In this document: one piece after another, positions 7,967 to 18,107 of the stretch
How the letters are laid out: each line of letters opens with the position of its first letter
Numbering within the stretch: position 1 is the first letter of the stretch
IMG/VR virus record: IMGVR_UViG_3300048924_000586
Coordinates: 5,776-69,775 of that record
Reading direction: 5' to 3' (one strand)
DNA: 64,000 nucleotides
DNA from: a virus
Program-made: the position numbers and the translations under genes
Notes under the pieces: model-generated
What the model was told of the DNA's origin: nothing
Database searches by the model: none
Seen by the model: the letters and a program-made list of their open reading frames with translations, nothing else

Positions 7967-9025
7967 ATGCAGCTGAAAACCAGCCGCACCGAGCTCGCGC
8001 GCGTCGTTGGCGCCGTCGGTAAGGTCATTGAAGCCAGAAACACCATTCCGATCCTGTCCAACATCCTGCTGGAAGCTGAGGGTGACCGCCTTCGCCTGAC
8101 CGGCACAGATCTCGACATCCAGGCGACGGCATCCGCGCCTTGCAAGATCACGACACCCGGCAAGGTCACTGTCAGCGCCAAGCTACTTGGCGATATCGTC
8201 CGCAAAGCCGGCGCGGATGACATCTCACTTGACCTGAAGGATGGTCGTCTGACCGTGAAATCAGGGCGTTCGCGCTTTGTCTTGGAGACCTTGCCAGCAT
8301 CGGACTATCCGGATCTCGCCGTCGGTACCTATGACGCTGATTTCGAAATTGATCTTGCGGCGCTGTTCGCACCAGTGTCGTTTGCGATCTCGTCGGAGGA
8401 AACCCGCTATTATCTCAACGGGATCTTCTTCCACAGCGAAGAAGGCAAGCAAGCCGTGGCGGTAGCTACCGATGGCCATCGCCTTGCCCGCAACCGTGGT
8501 CCCGAACTGCCAGTTTTCGCTGGCATCATCGTGCCGCGCAAGACGGTCGGTCTTCTGCCGAAGGGCTCGGCGAAGGTGTCGGTCTCGGATACCAAAATTC
8601 GCATCGAGACAGCCGACCTCCTGCTCGTGTCCAAGCTAGTCGACGGCACATTCCCCGACTACGAGCGCGTCATTCCGCGCGAAAACGACAAGACGGTCAC
8701 CGTCAACCGCGATGAGATGATGAAGGCCGCCGATCGCGTCGTCACCGTATCGTCGGAGAAGGGACGCACAGTCAAGCTGAGCATCGCACCAGGCTCTATT
8801 GCGCTGGCCGCACGCTCCGATGCTGGATCGGCCGAAGATGAGGTGGCCGCCGAATACAGCGGGGAGCCATTCGATGTCGGTTTCAACAGCCAGTATGTCC
8901 GCGACATCTTCGCCGTTCTGCCGGCCGGCGACGTCAACCTTCGTCTTCGTGATGGAAGCTCGCCTGCGCTAATCACTGGCGGCCTTGAGGGCTGGGACGG
9001 CGTCTTGATGCCGATGCGGGTCTAA
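7967..9025 (+). CDS. dnaN: DNA polymerase III beta sliding clamp (phage-encoded)
   Basis: RNTIPILSNILL, TDLDI, EETRYYLNG, ATDGHRLA, GTFPDYERVIP, GFN..Y, LMPMRV. Confidence 0.97.
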   Translation: MQLKTSRTELARVVGAVGKVIEARNTIPILSNILLEAEGDRLRLTGTDLDIQATASAPCKITTPGKVTVSAKLLGDIVRKAGADDISLDLKDGRLTVKSGRSRFVLETLPASDYPDLAVGTYDADFEIDLAALFAPVSFAISSEETRYYLNGIFFHSEEGKQAVAVATDGHRLARNRGPELPVFAGIIVPRKTVGLLPKGSAKVSVSDTKIRIETADLLLVSKLVDGTFPDYERVIPRENDKTVTVNRDEMMKAADRVVTVSSEKGRTVKLSIAPGSIALAARSDAGSAEDEVAAEYSGEPFDVGFNSQYVRDIFAVLPAGDVNLRLRDGSSPALITGGLEGWDGVLMPMRV

Positions 9026-9336
9026 TGACCTCCACCGAGCAGGGAGGCGGGCTGTGGCGGCCCGCCAACGCAGCTGAAGGCCATAACTTCGAGGACAACT
9101 GGTGCGGTCACTGCTTGGAGGAGCGCGGCGAGGATTGGGAAGACGAGTTCGGCAATCATGTCGAGGGTTTTTGCCCGATCCTCTCGTATGCGCAGTCCGC
9201 CGGTCAGCCTGAGCATTGGGTGCTCCGACACGGCATGCCTTGGTGCACCGCTTTCCGCCAGGATCCAGAGCGGCCAGCGCGATGCCTTTTCACAGAGGAG
9301 ATGCCATTTGGCTCCCATCCCCAAACCCCAATCTAG
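9025..9336 (+). CDS. Cys-rich hypothetical protein
   Basis: TAATG coupling; WCGHC and further Cys residues. Confidence 0.6.
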   Translation: MTSTEQGGGLWRPANAAEGHNFEDNWCGHCLEERGEDWEDEFGNHVEGFCPILSYAQSAGQPEHWVLRHGMPWCTAFRQDPERPARCLFTEEMPFGSHPQTPI

Positions 9337-10240
9337 CACGCTACTCTCCATCCAGACCGCGCTGGAAACCGGCCACGATGACTGGGAGTCAGTCGGCGTG
9401 CCCGCCGGCGATATCGGCGTTGAATGCGACCGGGCGATCTGGCTGGCCTTTCGCCGCGCGTCGTCGCCCGAGTTCATTGACTGGCGGAAGCGTCGCATTT
9501 TCGAGCGAGGCAATATCGAGGAAGATCGACTGCTTGATCTGCTACGCCTGGTCGGCTGCGAGGTGTGGGGAGAGCAGGATCGCGTTCGTGCCGCCGGTGG
9601 CCATTTGCGTGGGAAGATCGACGGCCGCGTGGTCGGCATCCTCGAAGCGCCGAAAACCGAGCACATCGTCGAGTGCAAATCGTCGAAACAGGAGATCTTC
9701 AACAAGGTGAAGAAGCATGGAGTGAAGGTCGGCAAGCCGGAGCACTACGCGACCTTCCAGTTCTACATGCACGGCCTCGGCATCAGCCGTGTCTACTACA
9801 TGATGTCGAACAAAAACGACGAGGATCTGCACCTCGAGCGCGTCGAATATGACGTCGAGTTCGCGATCCGTGCCGTCGCCCGCATAGAACGCATCATCAA
9901 CATGCCGGAGCCGCCCATCCGCCTCTGCAAGAAACGCGACGACTTCCGCGGCATCTTCTGCCGACAGGCTGCGGTCTGCTGGGGTGAAGAGATGCCGCGC
10001 GCACACTGCCGCTCTTGCATTCACTCCACGCCTCTGATGAACGGCAATGCGGCATGGGATTGCGCCAGATGGCAGCAGCCGTTGTCGCTTGCCGATCAGG
10101 CAGCCGGGTGTCCGGCGCATCTTTTTATCCCCTCCATGCTCGCCGGCCTTGAAATGGTGTCGGCCGATCAGGAAGCGGAGACCATCACCTACCGTCGACC
10201 AGACGGCACGACTTGGACTGACGGCGCCACCACCGCCTGA
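9308..10240 (+). CDS. Cas4-like PD-(D/E)XK exonuclease
   Basis: TTG start after AGAGGAG; G.ECDR, GKIDG, VECKS, QFYM, C-terminal Cys cluster. Confidence 0.8.
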   Translation: MAPIPKPQSSTLLSIQTALETGHDDWESVGVPAGDIGVECDRAIWLAFRRASSPEFIDWRKRRIFERGNIEEDRLLDLLRLVGCEVWGEQDRVRAAGGHLRGKIDGRVVGILEAPKTEHIVECKSSKQEIFNKVKKHGVKVGKPEHYATFQFYMHGLGISRVYYMMSNKNDEDLHLERVEYDVEFAIRAVARIERIINMPEPPIRLCKKRDDFRGIFCRQAAVCWGEEMPRAHCRSCIHSTPLMNGNAAWDCARWQQPLSLADQAAGCPAHLFIPSMLAGLEMVSADQEAETITYRRPDGTTWTDGATTA

Positions 10241-10265
10241 ATTTACCACCACAGAGGAGACTGCC

Positions 10266-10703
10266 ATGACCGCATACCGCCCAGCGAATTTCGACGCACG
10301 CCTACTTTCCTACCGTCCTTTGCTTATTCGGATGGCCACAAGATACGGCGAGCCAGCCGACCGTGAAGACCTGGTGCAAAGTGCTCTCGCGCGCGCCATG
10401 GAGAAATGGTTGGATTGCCGTGATGGCTTCGCCGCATGGCTGCGGGGCGTAATGCTCGCCGAGATCCAGATGTACCGCACCGCTCGGCGGCCGCGAAAGG
10501 GTGTAGCGGCGAACGACAATACGCCCGCTACGCAGGAGGACACCGTTGCTGCCGCGCAAGCCATTAGTCGCTGCCGTAATCCAGACATCATGATTCAGGT
10601 TGGAATGGGGGCGACCATGCAGGATATCGCCGCTTCGCGCGGCATCTCCAAGCAGGCGGTAAGCGTCAAGGTGCGTGCCGACCGAGCAAGGCTGGCCGCC
10701 TGA
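10266..10703 (+). CDS. ECF-sigma-like/HTH transcriptional regulator
   Basis: DREDLVQSAL...FAAWL (region 2-like) and MQDIAASRGISKQAVS HTH; AANDN linker; ends ARLAA. Confidence 0.75.
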   Translation: MTAYRPANFDARLLSYRPLLIRMATRYGEPADREDLVQSALARAMEKWLDCRDGFAAWLRGVMLAEIQMYRTARRPRKGVAANDNTPATQEDTVAAAQAISRCRNPDIMIQVGMGATMQDIAASRGISKQAVSVKVRADRARLAA

Positions 10704-12430
10704 TGCTTGAGCTCCGATATTATCAGCGCGATTCTCTGGACGCGCTTTACAAGTATTGGGAAGAGGGCGGTGGGAATGGTCTCATCGTCCTACCGACCGG
10801 CGCGGGTAAGGCGCTCGTCATCGCAAAACTGATCGAGGAGTTGCTCGCTGACTTCCCGTCGATGCGCATCCTCAACATCACCCATGACGCCCGACTCGTT
10901 GAACAGAATTTCAAGGAGTTCATCGGGCTCGCACCGTTTGCGCCGGCTGGCATTTACTCTGCCGGCCTTAACCGTCGAGATGCCCATGCGCAGGTTCTAT
11001 TCTGCGGCATTCAGTCGGTATGGAACAAGGTTGAGCAGCTCGGCGACATCGATCTCATCATCGTCGATGAGGCGCATGGCATCTCGCGCAACGCCAACAC
11101 CCAGTATGGCAAGTTTTTTAAATCGGTCCGCAAGCACAATCCAGATAGTCGGACATGCGGCACGACGGCGACCGACTATCGTATGGATTCAGGTCGCCTG
11201 ACGGACGCGCTCGATGAGGACGATTCCCTTGATCCGATCACCGGCGAGACGGTGAAGTTCAAGCTGTTCGACGATGTTGTCTACGAGATCGGCATTGGCG
11301 AGCTTATCGAGCAGGGGTATCTCACGCGACTGACCAGCCAGAAGACCACCTCGAAAATCGATCTGAAAGGCGTCGGCACACGCGGCGGCGATTATATCCC
11401 CGGCCAAGTGTCCGAGGCCGCCGAGCAGATCATTGAGGAGGCCATCGCCGAGGACATGGCGCTTTCAGAGGGCAGGCGGGCTGGGCTGTTCTTCAGCACC
11501 AGCAAGGAAAACGCGCAGCATATCGCTGACGCGATTAATCGATATGGCCGCAGGTGCGCCGTCCTGACCAGCGATAATGCCCACCAGACGAAGGAGATCT
11601 TCGAGAAATTCAAGTCCGGCTACTATTGGGCAATCTCGTCGGTGAGCATGATCACGACCGGCACCAACTTCCCGTGGGTGGACTTCATTTCGCTGATCCT
11701 GTCGACGAAGTCGGCCGGAAAACTGGTGCAGATCCTCGGTCGCGGCACTCGCAATTTTCCCGGCAAGACAGACTGCCTGGTCGCAGACCACGGCAAGAAC
11801 CTCGCCTATCACGGCCCGATCGACCAGATCCGGCCGCGCGAGCCTGGCAAGGGGTTGGGTGACCAGCCGAAGAAGCTGTGCCCGCAGGACAAGCCGGACA
11901 TTCAAGGCAAGTGCGGTTGTGGCGAGCTTATCGCCATCTCGATCATGGAATGCCAGTGCTGCGGCTATATCTTCCCGCCGAATGAGGAGGAGAAGATCAC
12001 GGCGAAAGCAGACCTCACGCCAGTGCTTTCAACGGAGAAGCCGTGGCACGAGGTTTCATCTCGTTCCTTCTTCCACCATCCGGGCAAGGAGGGGAAACCC
12101 GATTCCGTCAAGGTGACATACCTTGTCGGGATGAAGTCGGTGAACGAGTGGATCTGCTGCGCTCACTCCGGCTTTCCGAAGTCCAAGGCTAACCGCTGGT
12201 GGATGACCCACGGCGGGAAGACGCCATATCCGAATGACGTCATCGAGTTCCTTGAACGTCAGCATGAGTTGATGGACACTACCGAGGTTCAGCTCGATTA
12301 CGGCCGAAACCCGAAATATCCGGATATCGCGGCCCACCGCGTCGCGCCGGCGAATGATAATCACGAGCCTGCGGCGAACGATAACCGACGGCGACCGGCT
12401 TGGATGGATGAGGAGGATATTCCGTTCTGA
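10703..12430 (+). CDS. SF2 DEAH helicase (RadD/YejH-like)
   Basis: LRYYQ, PTGAGK, DEAH, TAT, QILGRGTR, Zn-finger; tail with two ANDN copies and DEEDIPF. Confidence 0.92.
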   Translation: MLELRYYQRDSLDALYKYWEEGGGNGLIVLPTGAGKALVIAKLIEELLADFPSMRILNITHDARLVEQNFKEFIGLAPFAPAGIYSAGLNRRDAHAQVLFCGIQSVWNKVEQLGDIDLIIVDEAHGISRNANTQYGKFFKSVRKHNPDSRTCGTTATDYRMDSGRLTDALDEDDSLDPITGETVKFKLFDDVVYEIGIGELIEQGYLTRLTSQKTTSKIDLKGVGTRGGDYIPGQVSEAAEQIIEEAIAEDMALSEGRRAGLFFSTSKENAQHIADAINRYGRRCAVLTSDNAHQTKEIFEKFKSGYYWAISSVSMITTGTNFPWVDFISLILSTKSAGKLVQILGRGTRNFPGKTDCLVADHGKNLAYHGPIDQIRPREPGKGLGDQPKKLCPQDKPDIQGKCGCGELIAISIMECQCCGYIFPPNEEEKITAKADLTPVLSTEKPWHEVSSRSFFHHPGKEGKPDSVKVTYLVGMKSVNEWICCAHSGFPKSKANRWWMTHGGKTPYPNDVIEFLERQHELMDTTEVQLDYGRNPKYPDIAAHRVAPANDNHEPAANDNRRRPAWMDEEDIPF

Positions 12431-12432
12431 TC

Positions 12433-12460
12433 TTGACAAATTTGTAAATATCAACATGAT
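12433..12460 (+). promoter_or_regulatory. Operator overlapping a sigma70-like promoter
   Basis: TTGACAAATTTGTAAA identical to 2501-2516; CATGAT 16 bp after TTGACA. Confidence 0.75.
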
Positions 12461-12518
12461 GCATTGCATGTAAAGCGCCTACCAAGCGCGACGACACACA
12501 CCACCAGAGGAGATATCG

Positions 12519-13292
12519 ATGACTAGAAGACAGGCGGAACCAGCTTTCGACCCATTTGCCATCGCGACAGGCCATAACGGCGGTCCGCCGCTCGATGACG
12601 AGCCCGCGAACGACAACGAGCCCGCCTACGTCGCCATCTTTACCGAGATCGACGACCTCTATGGAGAGGCCAAGAACTGGGCCGACGGCGATGCCATCTC
12701 CAGTCAGGAGATGCACGACCAGATCGAGAAGCTGTATACCGGTCTGCACGAGGCGGGTAAACGCGCGGACGATCTGCGCGTCGAGGAAAAGAAGCCGCTC
12801 GACGACCAAGTGAAGGCGATCCAAGATCGTTACAATCCCTACATCCAGCCGAAAAAGGGCAAGGTCGACCGCGCAAAGGCGTCGCTCGGCGAACTGCTGG
12901 CCCCATGGCGCAAAAAGCTTGCCGACGACAAGGCCGCCGAAGCCGCGAAGAAAGCCGCAGAGGCAGCGGCGGCCACAAAGGCGGCCGAGGATGCGATCCG
13001 CTCGTCATCCGGCAATCTTGGTGCGCGCGAATACGCCGAGGAGCTGCTCGCCGACGCGAAGAAGCTGGAGCGCGGCGCGAAGCGTGCGGACAAAGCCGCA
13101 ACCACCGGCTTGGGGTTGCGGTCGGTCTGGAACGTGAACATCGCCGACGAGACGAAGGCGCTGGACTGGGCGTTCGAGCATGCGCCAGGCGAGTTCATGG
13201 CAATGGCGCTGTCGCTGGCCGAAGAGCAGGTTCGAAAGGGTGTGCGCTCGATCGAGGGATTCTCGATCGTTGAGGACAAGGTGGCTCGTTAG
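12519..13292 (+). CDS. Coiled-coil hypothetical phage protein
   Basis: Leader hairpin and RBS; GHNGGPP motif, PANDN. Confidence 0.8.
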   Translation: MTRRQAEPAFDPFAIATGHNGGPPLDDEPANDNEPAYVAIFTEIDDLYGEAKNWADGDAISSQEMHDQIEKLYTGLHEAGKRADDLRVEEKKPLDDQVKAIQDRYNPYIQPKKGKVDRAKASLGELLAPWRKKLADDKAAEAAKKAAEAAAATKAAEDAIRSSSGNLGAREYAEELLADAKKLERGAKRADKAATTGLGLRSVWNVNIADETKALDWAFEHAPGEFMAMALSLAEEQVRKGVRSIEGFSIVEDKVAR

Positions 13293-13510
13293 GAGTCTGC
13301 CTTGAGAGCGTCGATCACCGCAACAATCTTTGCCGCTTCTTCGATCTCGCAAACCCATACGCCGTCTTTGTACGGATCCAGACCTGGAAAACCGATCCGT
13401 TGCGCCATTTCTGTAACGAACCCGTAGCTGATCCTGTCTTCGGGGTTTCGACCTTTTGAGCGGCATATAGCTTTGGCCGCAATTTCGATCCGCCTCACAT
13501 CGTTAGCCAT
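13289..13510 (-). CDS. Small hypothetical protein (antisense moron)
   Basis: GGAGG RBS before ATG at 13510; convergent with the upstream gene. Confidence 0.55.
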   Translation of the reverse strand: MANDVRRIEIAAKAICRSKGRNPEDRISYGFVTEMAQRIGFPGLDPYKDGVWVCEIEEAAKIVAVIDALKADS

Positions 13511-13594
13511 TGTGTCCTCCGGTTGAACGACTCTCAGGATACCACACCACCCAGCGCGCCACCAACGTGTTGGTTTCACCACAGAGGAGAGAAT

Positions 13595-14164
13595 ATGAAC
13601 CCGTTACCCGAGGGACGCTACGGCGCCATCCTTGCTGACCCTCCGTGGTCATTCAGAACATATGGCAAGCAGGACGTGGCGCCCGCGCGCGGCGCACAGC
13701 CGTATTCCGTCATGTCTCTGGCCGACATCAAAGCACTGCCCGTTGCTGACGTCGCTGCCAAGGACTGCCTTTTGTTCATGTGGACCGTTTCGCACTTGCA
13801 GGGCGCCGCCATTGAGGTTGCGGCAGCATGGGGCTTCACGCCTGTGTCGATCGCTTTCGTTTGGGACAAGGGGCGCATGGGCATGGGCTACTGGACCCGC
13901 CAAGAGGTGGAGGTTTGCCACCTGTTCAAGCGTGGAAAGCCGCGTCGTTTGTCGCGTGGGGTCCGATCCGTGATCCGCGCACCGCGCCGCGAACATAGCC
14001 GCAAGCCTGATGAGCAGTACGGCCGGATCGAGCAGCTGGTCGGCGGCCCGTATCTTGAGCTCTTCGCCCGGCAGGCGTGGGCTCGTTGGTCGGCATGGGG
14101 CAACCAGGTCGGCAAGTTCGAGGCCGACAATGATAACGACCTCCTGCAGGCGAGGGCCGCCTAA
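13595..14164 (+). CDS. MT-A70-family adenine methyltransferase
   Basis: ILADPPW, LFMW, EHSRKP, LELFAR, WGNQ. Confidence 0.93.
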   Translation: MNPLPEGRYGAILADPPWSFRTYGKQDVAPARGAQPYSVMSLADIKALPVADVAAKDCLLFMWTVSHLQGAAIEVAAAWGFTPVSIAFVWDKGRMGMGYWTRQEVEVCHLFKRGKPRRLSRGVRSVIRAPRREHSRKPDEQYGRIEQLVGGPYLELFARQAWARWSAWGNQVGKFEADNDNDLLQARAA

Positions 14165-14982
14165 TGGCGAAACTCACCAAAGCACAAGCGAAGGCTCACG
14201 CGCAGGCGTGTGACCTGCTGACGAAGCCGGTCCTGACAGAAGAAGACAAGGACTTCGTTCTCAAGAACTGGAACGAAGGCGCCAACCACGTCAACGGCGC
14301 GGCCGGCGCGTTCTTCACGCCATACGATATGGCGTTCGATTTCACGATCGACGCCATTGGGCAGGGCGGTTACGGCGGCCGGATCATTGATCTTTGCGCG
14401 GGGATCGGCATGCTCTCTTATGCCTGTTGGCATCGCAGCCACCAGAAGGCGCGCATCACCTGCGTCGAGCGCAATCCAGACTACCTCTCTGTTGGGCAGA
14501 AGATCCTGCCAGAGGCGGAGTGGATCCTTGCTGACGTGCTGGACGTGATCGACATGGACCTCGGTCGTTTTGACGTGGCCATCAGCAATCCGCCGTTCGG
14601 CGCGATCAAGCGGGAGAAGAACGCTCCGCGGTATTCGGGCAAGGACTTCGAGTTCCACGTTATCGATATCGCGGCGCATCTCGCGCGCGAAGGCGCGTTC
14701 ATCGTCCCGCAGATGTCGGCCGGTTTCAACTTCAGTGGCGGCGGCCACTACCGGCGGCAAAAGGACGGCAAAGCAGTCAAATTTCAGGAGTTGACCGGCC
14801 TTCACTTCGAGGCAGGCTGCGGCATCGACACCAACTTCTACATCAACGATTGGAAAGGCGTGTCGCCCATGTGCGAGATCGTGTGCGTGGACTTCGGGCC
14901 GGAGAATCAGGCTGTTGAAGCTGTGGTCCCGGCCAATGACAATGTGCCTGCTCAGGCGGACTTGTTCGGGGCTGCGGCATGA
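14164..14982 (+). CDS. N6-adenine DNA methyltransferase
   Basis: AFFTP, IIDLCAGIG, ISNPPF; tail PANDNVPAQADLFGAAA. Confidence 0.88.
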   Translation: MAKLTKAQAKAHAQACDLLTKPVLTEEDKDFVLKNWNEGANHVNGAAGAFFTPYDMAFDFTIDAIGQGGYGGRIIDLCAGIGMLSYACWHRSHQKARITCVERNPDYLSVGQKILPEAEWILADVLDVIDMDLGRFDVAISNPPFGAIKREKNAPRYSGKDFEFHVIDIAAHLAREGAFIVPQMSAGFNFSGGGHYRRQKDGKAVKFQELTGLHFEAGCGIDTNFYINDWKGVSPMCEIVCVDFGPENQAVEAVVPANDNVPAQADLFGAAA

Positions 14983-15209
14983 GCCCGGCCGAGATGGAAG
15001 CCGCTTGCAAGGACAGCCTTGCTGGCGCCGTTGAGTTTGGCCTGCCTGAGAACAAGGCTTGCGTGAACCTCGTCACGCCCAAAGGCTGGAAGCCATCGCC
15101 GGGTTTCCCGCGGGGCTACTTGCTGCAGGTGAAGGAAAACGGCGACCGACTGTGCAGTTACCCGTCACTGCGCCTGCTGACGTGGATCAGAAAGGCGGTG
15201 GCAGCATGA
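14979..15209 (+). CDS. Hypothetical protein
   Basis: ATGA-coupled; ends VAA. Confidence 0.65.
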   Translation: MSPAEMEAACKDSLAGAVEFGLPENKACVNLVTPKGWKPSPGFPRGYLLQVKENGDRLCSYPSLRLLTWIRKAVAA

Positions 15210-15406
15210 TCGGTCTTGAGATTGTTGGGGCGACGGCATTGTATGTCGCTGCAGTCGTCGCGGCTGCATATGTTTCCGCTGGCATTGCCGCATTCATCAA
15301 CCGCAATGCGGGTCTCGAAGGTTTGGTGCCGGTCATCATCTCCTTCTTCGCAGTCATTTTCGTGGGCGCGGTCGCGGGCCTTGTTCTCTTGGGGACGGCG
15401 CTATGA
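15206..15406 (+). CDS. Small 2-TM membrane protein
   Basis: ATGA-coupled; two hydrophobic helices. Confidence 0.6.
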   Translation: MIGLEIVGATALYVAAVVAAAYVSAGIAAFINRNAGLEGLVPVIISFFAVIFVGAVAGLVLLGTAL

Positions 15407-15783
15407 CCAAAATCCCCGGAAAACCCGTCCTGCCCATCACGCCCACCTGCGACGAGATCGGCGCCCCCACCACATGCAGGGCTTGCGGCCGCATCGCCAT
15501 GGGTATCGGCGTCGGCTTCAAGACCAAATCGGACAAGGATCCCGGCTACCTCTGCAAGGGGTGCATCACCGCCGTCTCCGACCTGTCGAAGATGGACCGG
15601 CTCAGCTTGTTCGAATTGCGGGCCTTGGATGCTGGCGTTGAGGCAGTCGGCGAATACATCGGAGAGCACGGCGTGACCGAGCTTCTCCACTTCGACGAGC
15701 TGATGCAGCGCATGATGGTCAAGGCCGCATGGGAAGGCTGCATTCGCGGGGTGAGGGCGGCTTTGAAGGAGGCACCGTTTTGA
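15403..15783 (+). CDS. Zn-binding hypothetical protein (DUF6511-like)
   Basis: Two CxxC motifs; ends EAPF. Confidence 0.65.
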   Translation: MTKIPGKPVLPITPTCDEIGAPTTCRACGRIAMGIGVGFKTKSDKDPGYLCKGCITAVSDLSKMDRLSLFELRALDAGVEAVGEYIGEHGVTELLHFDELMQRMMVKAAWEGCIRGVRAALKEAPF

Positions 15784-16244
15784 TGGAGGCGATGATGGAT
15801 TACGACAAGCAATACATGGCCGCAGCGGAACTTACGGCTGCCAATAGCAAGGACCGCTCCACAAAGACGGGATGCGTTATTGTCTCGCCAGATCACATCA
15901 TCCGCGCCGTTGGATACAACTCTTTTCCGGCTGGCGTCCATGATCTCGATGATAGGCACGAGAGGCCGGAGAAATACTTCTGGACCGAGCACGCGGAGCG
16001 TAACGCGATCTACGACGCTGCCAAAAGGGGCGTCTCGTTGGATGGCTGTACCGCCTACATCAACTGGTATCCATGCATGGATTGCGGTCGAGCATTGGTG
16101 CAATCCGGCGTGACCGCCATCGTATGCCGCGAAGTGAACATGGACCACGAAAAATACGCGGCTGATTTTCGACGAGCAGCCACCTTATTCGCCGAGGCTG
16201 GCATCGAGGTTCGCTTCGTTGTGGGTGAGGCCGACGCCGCCTAG
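15783..16244 (+). CDS. dCMP deaminase
   Basis: SKD.STKTGCVIV, GYN, HAERNAI, PCMDC. Confidence 0.95.
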   Translation: MEAMMDYDKQYMAAAELTAANSKDRSTKTGCVIVSPDHIIRAVGYNSFPAGVHDLDDRHERPEKYFWTEHAERNAIYDAAKRGVSLDGCTAYINWYPCMDCGRALVQSGVTAIVCREVNMDHEKYAADFRRAATLFAEAGIEVRFVVGEADAA

Positions 16245-16315
16245 CCAACCACCATTCTAACCGACGACGCCACCAACGTCTCGGCGACACCACACCACAT
16301 CCAGAGGAGACTACC

Positions 16316-17947
16316 ATGACGATTCATTTCGCGCCGGATCCCGCACGCCCGCTCATCATCGACAGCTTCGCCGGCGGCGGCGGCGCATCCACCGGCATCG
16401 AGCTTGCCCTCGGCCGCTCGCCGGACATCGCCGTCAACCACAATCCGGCGGCGCTGGCGCTGCATGCGGCCAACCATCCCGAAACGCTCCACCTGTCGGA
16501 GAACGTATACAAGGTGGATCCGCTTGATTACCTGCGCCGCAGACACGTCGGCCTCGCCTGGTTCTCGCCAGACTGCAAGCACTTCTCGAAGGCAAAGGGC
16601 GGTAAGCCGGTCGAGCGCAACATCCGCGACCTCTGCTGGATCATTCCCGGCTGGATCGAGCGCATCCAGAAGAGCGGCGGGAAGGTCGACGTCGTCATCA
16701 TGGAGAACGTCGAGGAGTTCAAGGATTACGGCCCGCTGATGCAGACCGAGCGTGGCCTGATGCCAGATCCAGAGCGCAAGGGCGAGACCTTCAAGGACTG
16801 GTGCAAGAAGCTGCGCAAACTCGGTGGCAAGATCGAGTTCCGCGAGCTGCGTGCCTGCGACTATGGTGCGCCGACGATCCGTAAGCGCCTATTCGTCATC
16901 GTCCGGTTCGATGGTAAGCCGATCGTGTGGCCGCAGCCCACGCATGCCAAGCCGACCGATGTGGATGTCATCGCTGGCCGCAAGCTGGCATGGCGCACGG
17001 CGGCCGAGTGCATTGACTGGAGCCTGCCTTGCCCGTCAATCTTTGACACCTCGGAGCAAGTGATGGCTCGCCATGGTCTTCGAGCTGTTCGTCCGCTGGC
17101 CGACGCCACCATGTCGCGTGTTGCACGCGGGATGAAGCGTTATGTGCTGGATGCGGAGCGGCCGTTTTTGGTGAACCTGACGCACGGCGGCCGAGTCGAA
17201 GACATAGCCGAGCCTGCACGCACGATTACGGGTGCCCATCGTGGGGAGAAAGCACTGGTTTCTCCGCATCTTTCGGCTTTTTATGGTGTGGGCAAGGGCG
17301 GCAATGATCGCGCAGCGTCTGCGGACGAGCCCATGTCGACAGTCACCGCCACCGGTGCGCAGCAGGGCGTTGTCTCGGCGTTCGTCTCCCGCCAGTTCGG
17401 CGCTTCGGTTGGCCACGGCATTGAAGAGCCATCGGCGACGGTAACCGCAGGCGTCAACAAGTCGGCTCTCGTCGCACCTTACCTGCAGGCTTATTACGGC
17501 ACCGGTGACGGTGGCGAGGAGAACCAGCCAGCACGAACCATCACGACGAAGGACCGGCACGGCCATGTCGAGGCCAGCCTCAGTGTGCCGCCATTCACAG
17601 CCGATCAGGAGGCTCGCGCTCGCGAAGTTGCGGACTTCATGCGCGAGCATGGCTTCTGGGACGATCGTGAATTTGTCACGCTAACCGTTGGCGCCGACAC
17701 TTTTGTCATCGTCGACATTGGCATGCGCATGCTCACGCCCCGCGAGCTATACAACGCGCAGGGTTTCCCGTCCGATTACCGGATCGACGAGGATGCCGAC
17801 GGCAATGCGTTCCCGAAGTCGGTTCAGGTCAGCTGCGTCGGCAACTCGGTGTCTCCACCGGTGGCGCGTGCGCTGGTCGCGGCCAACTGCGGACACTTGG
17901 CTGCGGCGAATGACAATGTCAGCGCTGTGTCTCTTCGCGCCGCTTGA
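16316..17947 (+). CDS. C5-cytosine DNA methyltransferase
   Basis: DSFAGGGG, SPDCKHFS, MENV, YGAPTIRKR, RMLTPRE..AQGFP, GNSV. Confidence 0.96.
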   Translation: MTIHFAPDPARPLIIDSFAGGGGASTGIELALGRSPDIAVNHNPAALALHAANHPETLHLSENVYKVDPLDYLRRRHVGLAWFSPDCKHFSKAKGGKPVERNIRDLCWIIPGWIERIQKSGGKVDVVIMENVEEFKDYGPLMQTERGLMPDPERKGETFKDWCKKLRKLGGKIEFRELRACDYGAPTIRKRLFVIVRFDGKPIVWPQPTHAKPTDVDVIAGRKLAWRTAAECIDWSLPCPSIFDTSEQVMARHGLRAVRPLADATMSRVARGMKRYVLDAERPFLVNLTHGGRVEDIAEPARTITGAHRGEKALVSPHLSAFYGVGKGGNDRAASADEPMSTVTATGAQQGVVSAFVSRQFGASVGHGIEEPSATVTAGVNKSALVAPYLQAYYGTGDGGEENQPARTITTKDRHGHVEASLSVPPFTADQEARAREVADFMREHGFWDDREFVTLTVGADTFVIVDIGMRMLTPRELYNAQGFPSDYRIDEDADGNAFPKSVQVSCVGNSVSPPVARALVAANCGHLAAANDNVSAVSLRAA

Positions 17948-18107
17948 TATCCAGATAGTTGAGCAGGTCGACCAGATCGTCGGCCTGCTCCATGTCCAGA
18001 CCGTCTTGGAGAACGCCTTTAACCTTCGCCGGTAGGCCGGTGAAGATGTCGAAGACCGTCCACGAACCATCATTCTCTTTGCGCATGTCATAGCGGTTCT
18101 TATGCAT
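17919..18107 (-). CDS. Small hypothetical protein
   Basis: GGAGG RBS; RYDMRKE..WTVFDIFTG. Confidence 0.6.
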   Translation of the reverse strand: MHKNRYDMRKENDGSWTVFDIFTGLPAKVKGVLQDGLDMEQADDLVDLLNYLDIKRREETQR

